From Bacilli bacterium (GTDB lineage: Bacteria > Bacillota_I > Bacilli_A > RF39 > UBA660), in NCBI GenBank assembly GCA_017405445.1, contig JAFRAK010000041.1, forward strand, positions 29,025 through 93,024: a stretch of 64,000 bases of DNA, written 5' to 3'. How positions within the stretch are numbered: position 1 is the first letter of the stretch; each line of letters starts with the position of its first letter. The position numbers and the translations under genes are program-made. Positions 19,330-30,293 of the stretch are shown piece after piece. The notes below the pieces were generated by a model, which was given only the letters and a program-made list of their open reading frames with translations, was not told where the DNA came from and did no database searches.

Positions 19330-20245
19330 GTTCTTTACTCCTTTTCACTAATATGTTTTGAACAATTGTAAATAAGTTAGATGTTACCCAATAGATACCT
19401 AATCCTGTTGGCATGAATAATGCTGTTACTACAATCATACCAGACATCATCATTGGCATCATTTTCATACTTGGATCTTCTGTATTTCCAACTCCATTCA
19501 TTTTAAATGAATAGAATGTTGTTCCTGCAATAATAATCATTAATATTAAATATGCATAGAATACTGCTGAAGTAATTCCTACGGATGGTGTGGTACCTAG
19601 TTGTAATCCTAAGAATTTATCTTCAAATATTACTGGTGTTCTTTGTACTGCTTCAAAGAAAGCAATAAAGATAGGTAATTGTATCATAGCAAATAAACAA
19701 CCAGACAAAGGACTTATTTTATATTTTTGATAAATAGCCATCATTTCTTGTCTTTGTTTCATTAATGATTCTGGATCAGTTTTATTCTCATATTTCTTTT
19801 GAAGTCTATTTAATTCTGGTTGAGCTTTTTTCATCATTTCAGATTGCATTGCAGTCTTCTTTGTAATTGGGAATGCTATTAATCTAATGATTAAACTTAC
19901 TATAATAACTGAAATACCATAATTACCAACTAATTTTCCTATTTTTAATAATATATATGATAATGGTTTTACAAAGAAAGTAGTCCATAATCCTTCATAT
20001 TTTCCTGATGTTACCTTAAATTCATCACATTTTGGAAGTTTTTTTAAATCTATTTTGTTTTCTTCATAAATTTTTATCGTATCTTTATTGGTTGGTCTAC
20101 ATAAGATATTTTTTGTAAGTGTTTGTCCTGTGATTTCATTTTTCACTGGTTTTTTATTTTCATCTGTTAGTGTTTTCGTACAACCTGTAGATAATACTAA
20201 TAATATTAATATTAGAAATATTTTCCATTTATTGTTCTTTTTCAT
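19316..20245 (-). CDS. yidC: Membrane protein insertase YidC (lipoprotein form)
   Basis: Lipobox LSTGC, YGISVI, PELNRLQKKY, GCLFAMIQLPIF, GLGIYW. Confidence 0.95.
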   Translation of the reverse strand: MKKNNKWKIFLILILLVLSTGCTKTLTDENKKPVKNEITGQTLTKNILCRPTNKDTIKIYEENKIDLKKLPKCDEFKVTSGKYEGLWTTFFVKPLSYILLKIGKLVGNYGISVIIVSLIIRLIAFPITKKTAMQSEMMKKAQPELNRLQKKYENKTDPESLMKQRQEMMAIYQKYKISPLSGCLFAMIQLPIFIAFFEAVQRTPVIFEDKFLGLQLGTTPSVGITSAVFYAYLILMIIIAGTTFYSFKMNGVGNTEDPSMKMMPMMMSGMIVVTALFMPTGLGIYWVTSNLFTIVQNILVKRSKEHGKA

Positions 20246-20261
20246 TTGATAATCCTTTCTA

Positions 20262-20579
20262 CTAGTGCATTAGTTCTAGAAAATCGTTTTCTAAATCCTG
20301 AAAACTTTTCCCTAGTGCACCTTTCCTTAATATTATAATATAATCTGAACCATTAATATAGTCTTTTTTATAATTATCTATAATTGCCCTCATTTTTCTT
20401 TTATACTTATTTCTAAAAACCGCATTTCCTAATTTTTTACTTACTGATATTCCATATTTATCATATGGATTATTATTTTTTAATGAATAGATAACAAAAC
20501 TATTATTCTTTTTTGATTTTCCATTATTTATTATTTCTTCAAAATCTTTATTTAGTTTTACTATAAATTTCTTTTTCAT
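20262..20579 (-). CDS. rnpA: Ribonuclease P protein component
   Basis: GISVSKKLGNAVFRNKYKR motif; between rpmH and yidC. Confidence 0.95.
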   Translation of the reverse strand: MKKKFIVKLNKDFEEIINNGKSKKNNSFVIYSLKNNNPYDKYGISVSKKLGNAVFRNKYKRKMRAIIDNYKKDYINGSDYIIILRKGALGKSFQDLENDFLELMH

Positions 20580-20603
20580 ATTTTATCCTTATCTTCTTTA
20601 GTA

Positions 20604-20632
20604 AAAAACCACAGTTAAAACTGCGGTATTTT
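20604..20632 (-). terminator. Intrinsic terminator after rpmH
   Basis: Minus strand ACCGCAGTT-TT-AACTGTGGT followed by T-run. Confidence 0.65.
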
Positions 20633-20753
20633 ATTTACTTAGAACTTTACGTCCTTTACGACGGCGACGATTAAGTATATTTGTTTTTTTACGTGCAAAA
20701 AATCCTAATTTTTTTGACTTTTTACGATTATTTGGTTGATATGTTCTTTTCAT
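20631..20753 (-). CDS. rpmH: 50S ribosomal protein L34
   Basis: [23 protein letters not shown]; start reset to ATG 20753 behind SD GGAGGTG. Confidence 0.96.
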   Translation of the reverse strand: MKRTYQPNNRKKSKKLGFFARKKTNILNRRRRKGRKVLSK

Positions 20754-20836
20754 TAGTTCCACCTCCCGACATAAATCTACATTATTATAATAATAACTTT
20801 TGCTTTTTGTCAAATAAAAATAACAATTTTTGACTA

Positions 20837-21038
20837 TTTTCCACATTTTCCACAGGTTTGTGGAAAAGTTTATATAACTTGTGAATTATAAATTTGTGGA
20901 AATTGTCTAAAACTGTTGTTTCCTTTATTCTATAATCTTATTCTTTGTGGAATACTTTGTGGATTTCTTGTGGAATCAATTTTTTCTATATTTTTTATTT
21001 ATTTTTTCAACAGTTTCTTGTAGAATAATTGTTGAAAA
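20837..21038. promoter_or_regulatory. oriC part 1: DnaA-box cluster between rpmH and dnaA
   Basis: TTTTCCACA at 20837 and 20846, TGTGGAAAA 20859, variants at 20880, 20895, 20946, 20958, 20969, 21004, 21030; gene orientation switches here. Confidence 0.9.
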
Positions 21039-21157
21039 CCAACCTAATTTTAATAGCATTTTAACAGATTGAAAAAATTATAAAAAAAGACTTCCTTTTT
21101 TCATTTTTTTCATTTAGAATAGTTGGTAATTAGTTATTCTTGTGGGGAGATGGTAGT

Positions 21158-22552
21158 TTGAATGTAGATATTACATGGTCTAAAGTTTTAGAAGAATTAA
21201 AAAACAAACTAACATCTCTTTCTTTTAGAACTTGGTTTGAAGAAACAGAACTTTATAAATTACATAATGGTAAAGCTTATATCCTAGTTCCTTTACCAAT
21301 GCATAAAACTCATTTAAAGACTCATTATTATGATTTAGTACATAGTATAATATATGAAATAACAAACACTGATTATGATTTAATATTTATGCTAAAAGAT
21401 GAGATTGAAAATGACGATAATCTTTTATTTAATGATGGTGAAAATACAAATGAAATCGTTATTCACAAAGAGAATAAAGAAGAAAGTAGAGAAAAACATC
21501 AATCTAATTTAAATCCTAATTATACTTTTGATAATTTTATCGTTGGAAATTCTAATAAATTTGCTCAGGCTGCGGCATTATCTGTAGCAGAAAATCCAGG
21601 ACGTATTTATAATCCTTTATTCTTATATGGAAATAGTGGAGTAGGGAAGACTCATCTAATGCAAGCAATTGGTAATTATGTAGAGAATAATTCTAATAAA
21701 AATGTATTATATGTTACTAGTGAGCAATTTGTAGATGACTTCGTTAAAGCTAGTAGAAAAGATGAAAATGGTACAAATTTTAATTATATTGATTTTTTTA
21801 AAAATAAATATCGTAATATAGATGTTCTTATTATTGATGATATTCAATATTTAGGAGGAGCTCAAAAATCTCAAGAAGGATTTTTCCACACTTTTAACAA
21901 TCTATTTAATGACAGTAAACAAATAATTGTATCATCTGATAGAAGTCCTGATGATTTAAAACAATTGGAGGAACGTCTTAGAACAAGATTTAGTTGGGGA
22001 TTAGGAGTAAATATTTCTCCCCCTGATTATAATCTTAAAAGAGATATCTTACAGAAAAAAATAATTGCGAATGATTTTGAAAAAGATATTCCTGATGATG
22101 TAATTGATTATATGGCATCAAATATAGGTCCAGATGTAAGACATTTAGAGGGTGCTATTACAAGATTGATTGCTTATTCCACAATAATGGGTGGAGAAAA
22201 AATTACTGTAGAACTTGCGATAGAAGCATTAAAGGATTACAATCATAAAGGTTTTGTAGAAAAGAATGATGTTCATCGTATTCAAAAAATAGTTGCAGAA
22301 AACTTTCAGATATCTGTTGAAGATATCAGAAGTAAGAAAAGAAGTGCGAATATAGCATTTCCAAGACAAATAGCAATATATCTATGTAGAATGATGACTT
22401 CTGAATCTTTTCCAAAGATAGGAATTGAGTTTGGGGGAAAAGATCATTCTACGATAATGTATTCTTGTGAGAAAATAGAAAAAGAGATGAGAGAGAATAA
22501 AGATTTAGCAAATGAAATTGAAAAATTAAAGAAACAAATTGGTAATGTGTAA
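21158..22552 (+). CDS. dnaA: Chromosomal replication initiator DnaA
   Basis: LNPNYTFDNFIVG, YNPLFLYGNSGVGKTHL, IDDIQ, RLRTRF, GGKDHST; likely TTG start at 21158 behind GGGGAG. Confidence 0.98.
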   Translation: MNVDITWSKVLEELKNKLTSLSFRTWFEETELYKLHNGKAYILVPLPMHKTHLKTHYYDLVHSIIYEITNTDYDLIFMLKDEIENDDNLLFNDGENTNEIVIHKENKEESREKHQSNLNPNYTFDNFIVGNSNKFAQAAALSVAENPGRIYNPLFLYGNSGVGKTHLMQAIGNYVENNSNKNVLYVTSEQFVDDFVKASRKDENGTNFNYIDFFKNKYRNIDVLIIDDIQYLGGAQKSQEGFFHTFNNLFNDSKQIIVSSDRSPDDLKQLEERLRTRFSWGLGVNISPPDYNLKRDILQKKIIANDFEKDIPDDVIDYMASNIGPDVRHLEGAITRLIAYSTIMGGEKITVELAIEALKDYNHKGFVEKNDVHRIQKIVAENFQISVEDIRSKKRSANIAFPRQIAIYLCRMMTSESFPKIGIEFGGKDHSTIMYSCEKIEKEMRENKDLANEIEKLKKQIGNV

Positions 22553-22670
22553 AAAAAATAGTTATAAACAAATAATCCACAATCTATATTCTCTTAAAAC
22601 TTAGTTATATCAATAAATTTGCATTTATTTAACTTTTTCCACAGTAATAATAAGAATAATATATTAAAAA
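22546..22670. promoter_or_regulatory. oriC part 2: DnaA boxes plus DnaA-trio-like AT-rich unwinding element between dnaA and dnaN
   Basis: TAATCCACA 22573, TTTTCCACA 22635 followed directly by GTA-ATA-ATA-AGA-ATA-ATA, as in bipartite Bacillus-type origins. Confidence 0.8.
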
Positions 22671-22689
22671 TAAGAAAGAAGGTAATTAT

Positions 22690-23817
22690 ATGAAATTTAC
22701 AATTAAAAAAGAATTATTATTAGATGCTTTAATAAAAGTTTCTAAAGCTATATCTACAAAAAATTTAATTCCAGTACTTGGAGGAATAAAATTTGAATTA
22801 AAGAAAAAGAAATTAACTCTTACTGCTAGTGATAATGATATTACTATTCAAACAGTAATAGAAAGTAATTCTGATGAAGAATTTAAAATTGTTAACGAGG
22901 GAAGTATTTTAATACAAGGAAAATATGTTTTAGATATTGTTAGAAAATTACAATCTGAATATATTAATATTGAAGTTGTTGATGAATTAAAAATACTAAT
23001 ATATACAGAGAATAGTGAATTTAATTTGAATGGTATCAGTGAGTCTGAATATCCTAATATAAGTTTAGAAGAGAATAAGAAAAAGATTGAAGTTAAAGCT
23101 GGTGTATTAAAGAGTATTGTTAATCAAACTGCTTTTGCTACTTCTAATGAAGAAAGTAAACCTGTACTTACTGGAATTAATTTTAATATTTCAGGTGATA
23201 CGTTAGAGTGTAATGCTACTGATTCTTATCGTTTAGCAAGAAAAGTTATTCAATTAGAAAAAGCAAGTGATGAAAATTATAATATTGTAATTCCAAGTCA
23301 TAATATTTTAGAATTTGTAAAAATATTAGGAGATGACGAGGATATTGTTGAATTACATATATTCAATAATAAAATCTTATTTAAAGTTGGAACTTTAAAA
23401 TTTGAATCTAGATTAATTAATGGTACTTATCCAAACACATCTAATTTATTACCAGAAACATCAATATTAGTAATTAGTACAAGTTTAAATGATTTCTATA
23501 ATGTAATTGATCGTGTTAGTATTTTAACAAGTGATAAAGAAAAGAATATTGTTACTTTAGAAACTCAAGGCAATATGTTAGTTTTAAAAAGTAGTTCTGT
23601 AGAAATAGGGCGTGTAGAAGAAAAGATGCCTATTGAAAAGAATAATGATGAAGATATTAAAATTTCATTTAGTGCTAGATATATGATGGATGCTTTAAAA
23701 AGTTTTTCAACAGATACTGTGGAAATTCATTTTGTTGGAGAAATTAAACCAATTTTAATTAAATCTAAAGAAGAAGTTTCTTTAACTCAATTAGTTTTAC
23801 CTATTAGAACTATTTAA
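22690..23817 (+). CDS. dnaN: DNA polymerase III beta clamp
   Basis: PVLTGI, ATDSYRLA, SRLINGTYPN, LVLPIR. Confidence 0.98.
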   Translation: MKFTIKKELLLDALIKVSKAISTKNLIPVLGGIKFELKKKKLTLTASDNDITIQTVIESNSDEEFKIVNEGSILIQGKYVLDIVRKLQSEYINIEVVDELKILIYTENSEFNLNGISESEYPNISLEENKKKIEVKAGVLKSIVNQTAFATSNEESKPVLTGINFNISGDTLECNATDSYRLARKVIQLEKASDENYNIVIPSHNILEFVKILGDDEDIVELHIFNNKILFKVGTLKFESRLINGTYPNTSNLLPETSILVISTSLNDFYNVIDRVSILTSDKEKNIVTLETQGNMLVLKSSSVEIGRVEEKMPIEKNNDEDIKISFSARYMMDALKSFSTDTVEIHFVGEIKPILIKSKEEVSLTQLVLPIRTI

Positions 23818-23844
23818 TAAAAAGAGATTATTCTCTTTTTTTTT
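23818..23844 (+). terminator. Intrinsic terminator after dnaN
   Basis: AAAAGAGA-TTAT-TCTCTTTT plus T-run. Confidence 0.75.
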
Positions 23845-23937
23845 GAAAAAATAATTTATTAGACAAAAATCAACAAATTTCTACAATTCTTTTTGATATG
23901 ATTATGTCATGTCTTAAGGGACATAGGGGGTTATTTT

Positions 23938-24393
23938 ATGAAAAATAAATATGAATTTAGTAAAGGAACATTAGCTATTGTTCCAAATGAAGGAGATACT
24001 AGTTTAGTCTTAGAGGATGAAGATCATTATATAGTAGATCAAAAGCCATTTCAGATAATGGATGAAAGTTGTCGATATTTTGGTAGTTCTTATAATGGTA
24101 GAAAAGAAGGTGCAAAAAATATATTAGGAGCAGATTATAAAGTACCAATAGTGGTTGAAGATTCTAGTAATTTAATTGCTTTTCCTACTTCATCTCCTTT
24201 ATCAGATGATTGTATTTGGATATCTTTAAATCGAGTACAAAATATTATTAAAGTTGATAATTATAATACTAAAGTATTATTTGATAATGATATTGAAATT
24301 ATTGTACCTTGTTCATTTCGTTCTATTGAAAATCAACTTTCGAGAGCTTCTAGACTAGATCTTATTCTAAAAAATAGAAAAAATAGTTCATAA
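23938..24393 (+). CDS. comK: ComK family transcription factor
   Basis: KPFQIMDESCRYFGSSYNGRKEG, KVPIVV, FPTSSP..CIWI are characteristic of ComK. Confidence 0.88.
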   Translation: MKNKYEFSKGTLAIVPNEGDTSLVLEDEDHYIVDQKPFQIMDESCRYFGSSYNGRKEGAKNILGADYKVPIVVEDSSNLIAFPTSSPLSDDCIWISLNRVQNIIKVDNYNTKVLFDNDIEIIVPCSFRSIENQLSRASRLDLILKNRKNSS

Positions 24394-24480
24394 AACTATT
24401 TTTTTTATGCTTTAAAACCTATTTTATGGTATAATAGTCTTGTATGTATAGGAATACCACATTAGGGGATAGGTGATTAT

Positions 24481-24507
24481 ATGGGTCTTTTAAATAGGTT
24501 TAAATGA
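24481..24507 (+). CDS. Putative 8-codon leader peptide (MGLLNRFK) translationally coupled to recF
   Basis: SD AGGTGA at 24471; its TGA overlaps the recF ATG (ATGA). Confidence 0.4.
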   Translation: MGLLNRFK

Positions 24508-25628
24508 AAATACGAAATATTAGTTTATTAAATTTTAGAAATTATTCAAAATTATCTCTTGAACTTGGAGATAATATGAATATTTTTGTAGGAGATAATG
24601 CTCAAGGAAAGACAAATATCCTTGAATCTATCGTTGTTTTAGCTCTTACAAAATCACATCGTGTTGGATCTTATCCAAATATTATTCAATATAATAAAGA
24701 AAAATGTAAAATATCTGGTGTAGTAAAAAATAATAAAATTATTACAAAACTAAATATTGAAATGACAGAAGATACTAAAAGATTAAGTATCAATAATACT
24801 AATATTAATAAAATATCTGATTATATTTCTAATTTAAATGTAATTATTTTTACTCCTGAGGATATTGATATTATAAAAGGATCACCTAACGTACGTAGAA
24901 ATTTATTGAATATTCAATTAAGTCAACTATCTAGAGAATATTTAAAAACATATAATGAATATAATAGACTTTTAAAAACTAGAAATGAATATTTAAAAAG
25001 ATTGTTTATTACTGAAAGTACTGATACTAGTTATTTAGATGTACTTACTGAAAAGTTTATTGAGAAAGCGGTTTATATTTATCAAAAACGAAAAGAGTAT
25101 ATTGATATGGTTAATCTTCATATTAATGATTTTTTTCAAGATATTTCTGACTATGAAAAAATAAGTATTAAATATGTTCCTAATATTCCTTTAGATGATT
25201 ATGAGTATGAAACAATACGTAAAAAATTGAAACATATATTGAAAAAAAATTATAAGAAAGAACTTAATTATGGTATGACTGTATATGGTCCTCATAGAGA
25301 TGACTTTACTTTTAATTATAATGATAAAGATTTAAGAGTATTTGGGTCTCAAGGACAACAAAAATTGGCTGTATTATCATTTAAATTATCTGAAATATCT
25401 ATTTTTAATGATATTACTAATACATTACCTATCTTGTTATTAGATGATATTTTTGGTGAATTAGATATAAAAAAGAGAAATAAATTATTAAAATTAATTA
25501 CGAATTATGATATTCAGTCTATTATTACGACAACTGATTTAAAAAATATTCAAAAGAGATATTTAAAAAACGCGGATATATATCATGTTGTTGATGGCAA
25601 AGTTGAAAGAAGGTTAAATAATGAATGA
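24504..25628 (+). CDS. recF: DNA replication and repair protein RecF
   Basis: [41 protein letters not shown]. Confidence 0.97.
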   Translation: MKIRNISLLNFRNYSKLSLELGDNMNIFVGDNAQGKTNILESIVVLALTKSHRVGSYPNIIQYNKEKCKISGVVKNNKIITKLNIEMTEDTKRLSINNTNINKISDYISNLNVIIFTPEDIDIIKGSPNVRRNLLNIQLSQLSREYLKTYNEYNRLLKTRNEYLKRLFITESTDTSYLDVLTEKFIEKAVYIYQKRKEYIDMVNLHINDFFQDISDYEKISIKYVPNIPLDDYEYETIRKKLKHILKKNYKKELNYGMTVYGPHRDDFTFNYNDKDLRVFGSQGQQKLAVLSFKLSEISIFNDITNTLPILLLDDIFGELDIKKRNKLLKLITNYDIQSIITTTDLKNIQKRYLKNADIYHVVDGKVERRLNNE

Positions 25629-27549
25629 TGAAAAAGTAGAAAAAGCTTATGATTCTTCGTCTATACAAGTATTAGAGGGATTAGAAGCAGTTCGTAAAAG
25701 ACCAGGTATGTATATTGGTACTACTAGTTCTAGAGGATTGCATCATCTTGTTTGGGAGATTGTTGATAATGCTATTGATGAGGCTTTAGCTGGTTATTGT
25801 AAACATATTGAGGTAACAATTTGTAAAGATAATAGTATTATAGTTAAAGATGATGGACGTGGAATTCCTGTTGATATCCATCCAAAGACTGGTAAAAGTA
25901 CTGTAGAAACAGTTTATACTGTATTGCATGCTGGAGGTAAATTTGGTGGTGGAGGATACAAAGTATCTGGTGGATTACATGGAGTTGGAGCCTCCGTTGT
26001 TAATGCTTTAAGTGATTGGCTTGAAGTTAGAGTATATCGTAATGGTAATGTATATTACCAAAGATATAGTAAGGGAGGACATCCAGAAGATGAATTAAAG
26101 GTTGTGGATAAATGTGACAAAGATCGTACTGGAACAACCGTTCATTTTTTACCAGATGATGAGATTTTTACTGAAACTACAGTATTTGAATATGATGTAT
26201 TAAAAACAAGATTAAAAGAATTAGCATTTTTAAATAAAGGTTTAAGAATATCTTTATATGATGAAAGAGAAGCAGATAAAAAAGATTCTTTCTGTTATGA
26301 AGGTGGACTTGTAGAGTATGTTCAAATGTTAAATAAAAATAAAGGTGCTATTCACGAAACTATTGTTGATGTATCTGGGGAAGATAATGATATTAAAGTA
26401 GAAGTAGCTCTTCAATATAATGAATCATATAATGAAAGCATTTATTCTTTTGTAAATAATATTACGACTCCTGAAGGTGGTACTCATGAAGATGGTGTAA
26501 GAAGAGCATTAACAAGAATATTAAACAAATATGCTACAAGTGTTGGTTTACTAAAAGAAAAAGATGATCCACTTACTGGAGAGGATGTAAGAGAAGGTCT
26601 TACAATGATTATTTCAGTTAAGCATCCTAATCCTCAATTCGAAGGTCAAACGAAGACAAAATTAGGAAATAGTGAAGTACGTGGAATTGCTGATAAGATT
26701 TTTTCTGAAGCTTTTGAAAGATTTTTAATGGAAAATCCAGATCAAGCTAGAATTATTGTTGATAAAGCAATGACAGCAAGTAGGGCAAGAGTTGCGGCTA
26801 AAAAAGCACGTGAATTAACCCGTAGAAAAGGGGATTTAGATGTTACTAATTTCTATGGAAAATTAAGTGATTGTAAAAGTAAAGATGCAAGTGTATCTGA
26901 AATCTTCTTAGTTGAGGGTGATTCTGCTGGTGGATCTGCTATTAAGGGAAGAGATTCTATGACACAAGCCATTCTTCCATTACGTGGAAAAATTTTAAAT
27001 GTAGAAAAAGCCAGATTAGATCGTGCTTTAGGAAATGAAGAAATAAGAACTATTATTACTGCCTTTGGTACTGGAATAGGTGAAGAATTTGATTTATCTA
27101 AATTAAGATATCATAAGATTATTATTATGACAGATGCAGATGTTGATGGTAGTCATATTAGAGTATTATTATTAACTTTATTCTATCGTTTCTTTAAACC
27201 GATTGTTGAAGCAGGACATGTTTATGCTGCGCAACCACCTCTTTTCTGTATTAAACATGGAAAAACTATTAAATATGTTTTAAATGAAGAAGAAAGAGAT
27301 GAATATCTAGCTACTTTATCTCCTAATACTAAATATGATATTGCTCGTATGAAAGGTTTAGGAGAGATGGATGCTGAGGAATTAAACGAAACAACAATGG
27401 ATATTAATAAGCGTGTTTTAAGACAAATAACTGTAGATGATGCTATTGCTGCAGATGAAGTTTTCTCTAAATTAATGGGTGAAGAGGTAGAACCTCGTCG
27501 TGAATTTATTGAAACGAATGCAACATATGTTGAAAATCTTGATATTTAG
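25621..27549 (+). CDS. gyrB: DNA gyrase subunit B
   Basis: [39 protein letters not shown]. Confidence 0.98.
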   Translation: MNDEKVEKAYDSSSIQVLEGLEAVRKRPGMYIGTTSSRGLHHLVWEIVDNAIDEALAGYCKHIEVTICKDNSIIVKDDGRGIPVDIHPKTGKSTVETVYTVLHAGGKFGGGGYKVSGGLHGVGASVVNALSDWLEVRVYRNGNVYYQRYSKGGHPEDELKVVDKCDKDRTGTTVHFLPDDEIFTETTVFEYDVLKTRLKELAFLNKGLRISLYDEREADKKDSFCYEGGLVEYVQMLNKNKGAIHETIVDVSGEDNDIKVEVALQYNESYNESIYSFVNNITTPEGGTHEDGVRRALTRILNKYATSVGLLKEKDDPLTGEDVREGLTMIISVKHPNPQFEGQTKTKLGNSEVRGIADKIFSEAFERFLMENPDQARIIVDKAMTASRARVAAKKARELTRRKGDLDVTNFYGKLSDCKSKDASVSEIFLVEGDSAGGSAIKGRDSMTQAILPLRGKILNVEKARLDRALGNEEIRTIITAFGTGIGEEFDLSKLRYHKIIIMTDADVDGSHIRVLLLTLFYRFFKPIVEAGHVYAAQPPLFCIKHGKTIKYVLNEEERDEYLATLSPNTKYDIARMKGLGEMDAEELNETTMDINKRVLRQITVDDAIAADEVFSKLMGEEVEPRREFIETNATYVENLDI

Positions 27550-27558
27550 GAGGGTTTT

Positions 27559-30054
27559 ATGGATCGTTTAGAAAAAAATAATATTGTTAAAGAGGTACAA
27601 GATTCCTTTTTAGAGTATTCGATGAGTGTAATTGTTGCTCGTGCTTTACCTGACCTTAGAGATGGTTTAAAGCCTGTTCATAGACGTATTTTATATTCAA
27701 TGTATGAATCAGGCTATACTCCAGATAAACCACATAAAAAGAGTGCTAGAATTGTTGGAGATGTTATGGGAAAATACCATCCTCATGGAGATTCTTCTAT
27801 TTATGAGGCAATGGTTCGTATGGCACAAGATTTTAGTTATCGTTATATGTTAGTTGATGGTCATGGTAACTTTGGTAATATAGAAGGTTATGGCGCAGCT
27901 GCAATGCGTTATACGGAGTCTCGTTTATCTAAAATATCTCTTGAATTATTAAGAAATATTAATAAAGATACTGTTAATTTTACTCCGAATTTTGATGAAA
28001 GTGAAAGAGAACCTGAAGTTTTACCATCTAGATTTCCTAATATTTTAGTAAATGGTACAACAGGAATTGCTGTAGGTATGGCTACTAATATTCCTCCTCA
28101 TAATTTAGGTGAGGTAATTGATGGTTGTGTTGCTTATATTGATAATCCTGAAATTGATCTTGATGGATTAATGAAATATATTAAAGGACCAGATTTTCCG
28201 ACTGGGGCTATTATTTTAGGTAATAGTGGTATTAGACAAGCTTATGAAACTGGTAGAGGTACTATTACAGTTCGTTCTAAGGCTACTATTGAAGAATCAA
28301 ATGGAAAACAATATATTATTGTAGATGAGGTACCATATGGTGTTAATACACTTGAATTAAAAAATAAGGTTGCAGAACTTGTTCATAATAAAATTATTGA
28401 TGGAATTGCTGATTATCATTCTGATTTAAAAGATGGTATTAAAATTACAATTACTTTAAAGAAAGATGCAAACGCACAAGTTGTATTAAATAAATTATAT
28501 AAACATACTCAGTTTCAAACTACTTATGGAATTATATTTTTAATGTTAGATCAAGGTGTTCCTAAGACTCTTGGATTAAAAGATATTATTGTAAAATATA
28601 TTGATTATCAAAAAGAGATTATTATTAGAAGAACTAAATTTGATTTAGATGTTGCTGAAAAAAGAGTTCATATATTAGAAGGATTAAAGATTGCATTAGA
28701 TAATATTGATGCTGTTATTAAAATTATTCGTGGTGCAGGCGATGATGAAGAAGCTAAAAACGGATTGATGAAAAACTTTGGCTTAACAGATGTTCAAGCC
28801 AATGCAATTCTTGAAATGAAATTACGTCGTTTAACTGGATTAGAAAGAGACAAGATAGAAAGTGAACTTGCTGATTTATTAAAACTAATTGAAGAATTGA
28901 AAGCTATTTTGGCAAGTGATCAAAAAGTTCTTGAAGTTATTAAAAATGAATTACTTGAGATTAAACAAAAATATGGTGATGAAAGAAGAACTAACATTGA
29001 TATGACTGCAATTGAATATATTGAAGATGAATCGTTAATTCCTGAGGAAAATATTATTATTAATTTAACGAAGAATGGTTATATTAAGAGATTAAGAACG
29101 GATACTTATAAGACTCAAAATAGAGGTGGAGTAGGTATAAAAGGTATGTCTACTAATGAAGATGACTTTGTGGAAAAAATATTATCTATGAGTACGCATG
29201 ATTATTTATTGTTCTTCTCTAATCGTGGTAGAGTATATCGTATGAAAGGCTATGAAGTTCCAGAATTTTCAAGACAATCTAAAGGTTTACCAATTATTAA
29301 TTTATTACCACTTGAAAAAGATGAGAACATTAGTTCTATATTAAGTGTTACTCCTGGTGATGAAAACACGAAGTATTTAATGTTCTGTACAAAAAATGGT
29401 ATTGTTAAACGAACTCCAATCGAAGAGTTTGATAATATTCGTAAAAGTGGTAAGATTGCGATTGTTTTACGTGATGATGATGAACTTATTAGTGTAAAAA
29501 AGACCTGTGGAAAAAATGAAATCGTGATTGGTGCAAGTAATGGTCGAATGGTTAGATTTGATGAAAATGAGATTAGAAGTATGGGACGTAGTAGCTCTGG
29601 TGTTAAAGGTATGGAACTTGATGGTGCTGTAGTTGTCGGAGCTGATGCTGTTAAATCTGGCGATATGGTCTTGATCGTAACTGAGAAGGGTTATGGTAAA
29701 AAATCTATTATAGATGAATATCGTTTAACTCATAGGGGAAGTAAAGGTGTTAAAGCATATAATGTTACTGATAAGAATGGTGTTTTAGTTTCATTGAAGT
29801 GTTTTGAGGAAAATGCAAATTTAGATTTAATAATGATGACTGATTTTGGAACAATTATTAAATTACCTCTTGATCAAGTATCTACTTTAAAACGTGCAAC
29901 TCAAGGTGTTCGATTAATGAATTTAAAGGATAATCAATTAGTATCAACAGTTGCGTTAGTTGATAAAGAACAAAATGAAGAATTACCTGAAGGAGAAATA
30001 GTTGATTCTGATCCTAGCATAGAAGATACAGAAATTAAAGAAATAGTAGAATAA
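27559..30054 (+). CDS. gyrA: DNA gyrase subunit A
   Basis: [22 protein letters not shown], GyrA-box QNRGGVG. Confidence 0.98.
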   Translation: MDRLEKNNIVKEVQDSFLEYSMSVIVARALPDLRDGLKPVHRRILYSMYESGYTPDKPHKKSARIVGDVMGKYHPHGDSSIYEAMVRMAQDFSYRYMLVDGHGNFGNIEGYGAAAMRYTESRLSKISLELLRNINKDTVNFTPNFDESEREPEVLPSRFPNILVNGTTGIAVGMATNIPPHNLGEVIDGCVAYIDNPEIDLDGLMKYIKGPDFPTGAIILGNSGIRQAYETGRGTITVRSKATIEESNGKQYIIVDEVPYGVNTLELKNKVAELVHNKIIDGIADYHSDLKDGIKITITLKKDANAQVVLNKLYKHTQFQTTYGIIFLMLDQGVPKTLGLKDIIVKYIDYQKEIIIRRTKFDLDVAEKRVHILEGLKIALDNIDAVIKIIRGAGDDEEAKNGLMKNFGLTDVQANAILEMKLRRLTGLERDKIESELADLLKLIEELKAILASDQKVLEVIKNELLEIKQKYGDERRTNIDMTAIEYIEDESLIPEENIIINLTKNGYIKRLRTDTYKTQNRGGVGIKGMSTNEDDFVEKILSMSTHDYLLFFSNRGRVYRMKGYEVPEFSRQSKGLPIINLLPLEKDENISSILSVTPGDENTKYLMFCTKNGIVKRTPIEEFDNIRKSGKIAIVLRDDDELISVKKTCGKNEIVIGASNGRMVRFDENEIRSMGRSSSGVKGMELDGAVVVGADAVKSGDMVLIVTEKGYGKKSIIDEYRLTHRGSKGVKAYNVTDKNGVLVSLKCFEENANLDLIMMTDFGTIIKLPLDQVSTLKRATQGVRLMNLKDNQLVSTVALVDKEQNEELPEGEIVDSDPSIEDTEIKEIVE

Positions 30055-30068
30055 TACTATTTCTTTTT
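30038..30068 (+). terminator. Intrinsic terminator overlapping the gyrA stop
   Basis: AAGAAATAGTA/TACTATTTCTT inverted repeat plus T-run. Confidence 0.75.
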
Positions 30069-30071
30069 ATA

Positions 30072-30087
30072 TGTTTCACGTGAAACA
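30072..30087. promoter_or_regulatory. parS site 1
   Basis: Perfect palindrome TGTTTCACGTGAAACA. Confidence 0.95.
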
Positions 30088-30116
30088 TTGGATAATAAAT
30101 TATTGAGAAACGGATA

Positions 30117-30132
30117 TGTTTCACGTGAAACA
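30117..30132. promoter_or_regulatory. parS site 2
   Basis: Perfect palindrome TGTTTCACGTGAAACA. Confidence 0.95.
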
Positions 30133-30174
30133 TTGTATTATTTCCCAAAAAATAGTTATTATTATATATATTTT

Positions 30175-30190
30175 TATTTCCCGGGAAATA
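30175..30190. promoter_or_regulatory. Noc-binding sequence (NBS)
   Basis: Perfect palindrome TATTTCCCGGGAAATA containing the B. subtilis NBS consensus ATTTCCCGGGAAAT. Confidence 0.85.
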
Positions 30191-30232
30191 ATTTTAGAGT
30201 GTTTTGAACTAATTGTTTGAAAATTTTTAATA

Positions 30233-30248
30233 TGTTTCACGTGAAACA
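30233..30248. promoter_or_regulatory. parS site 3
   Basis: Perfect palindrome TGTTTCACGTGAAACA. Confidence 0.95.
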
Positions 30249-30293
30249 TTGATATATTTATTTACTTTTTTGCTGTTCTATAGTAATATAAGT

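Noticed and set aside
20631-20753. L34 is 40 aa, a few residues shorter than usual
   Set aside because: Small internal deletion with both conserved ends, SD and terminator intact; no sign of pseudogenisation.
30070-30251. Three 22-bp repeats as a mini-CRISPR
   Set aside because: Repeats are the parS palindrome, spacing is irregular (45 and 116 bp) and there are no cas genes.
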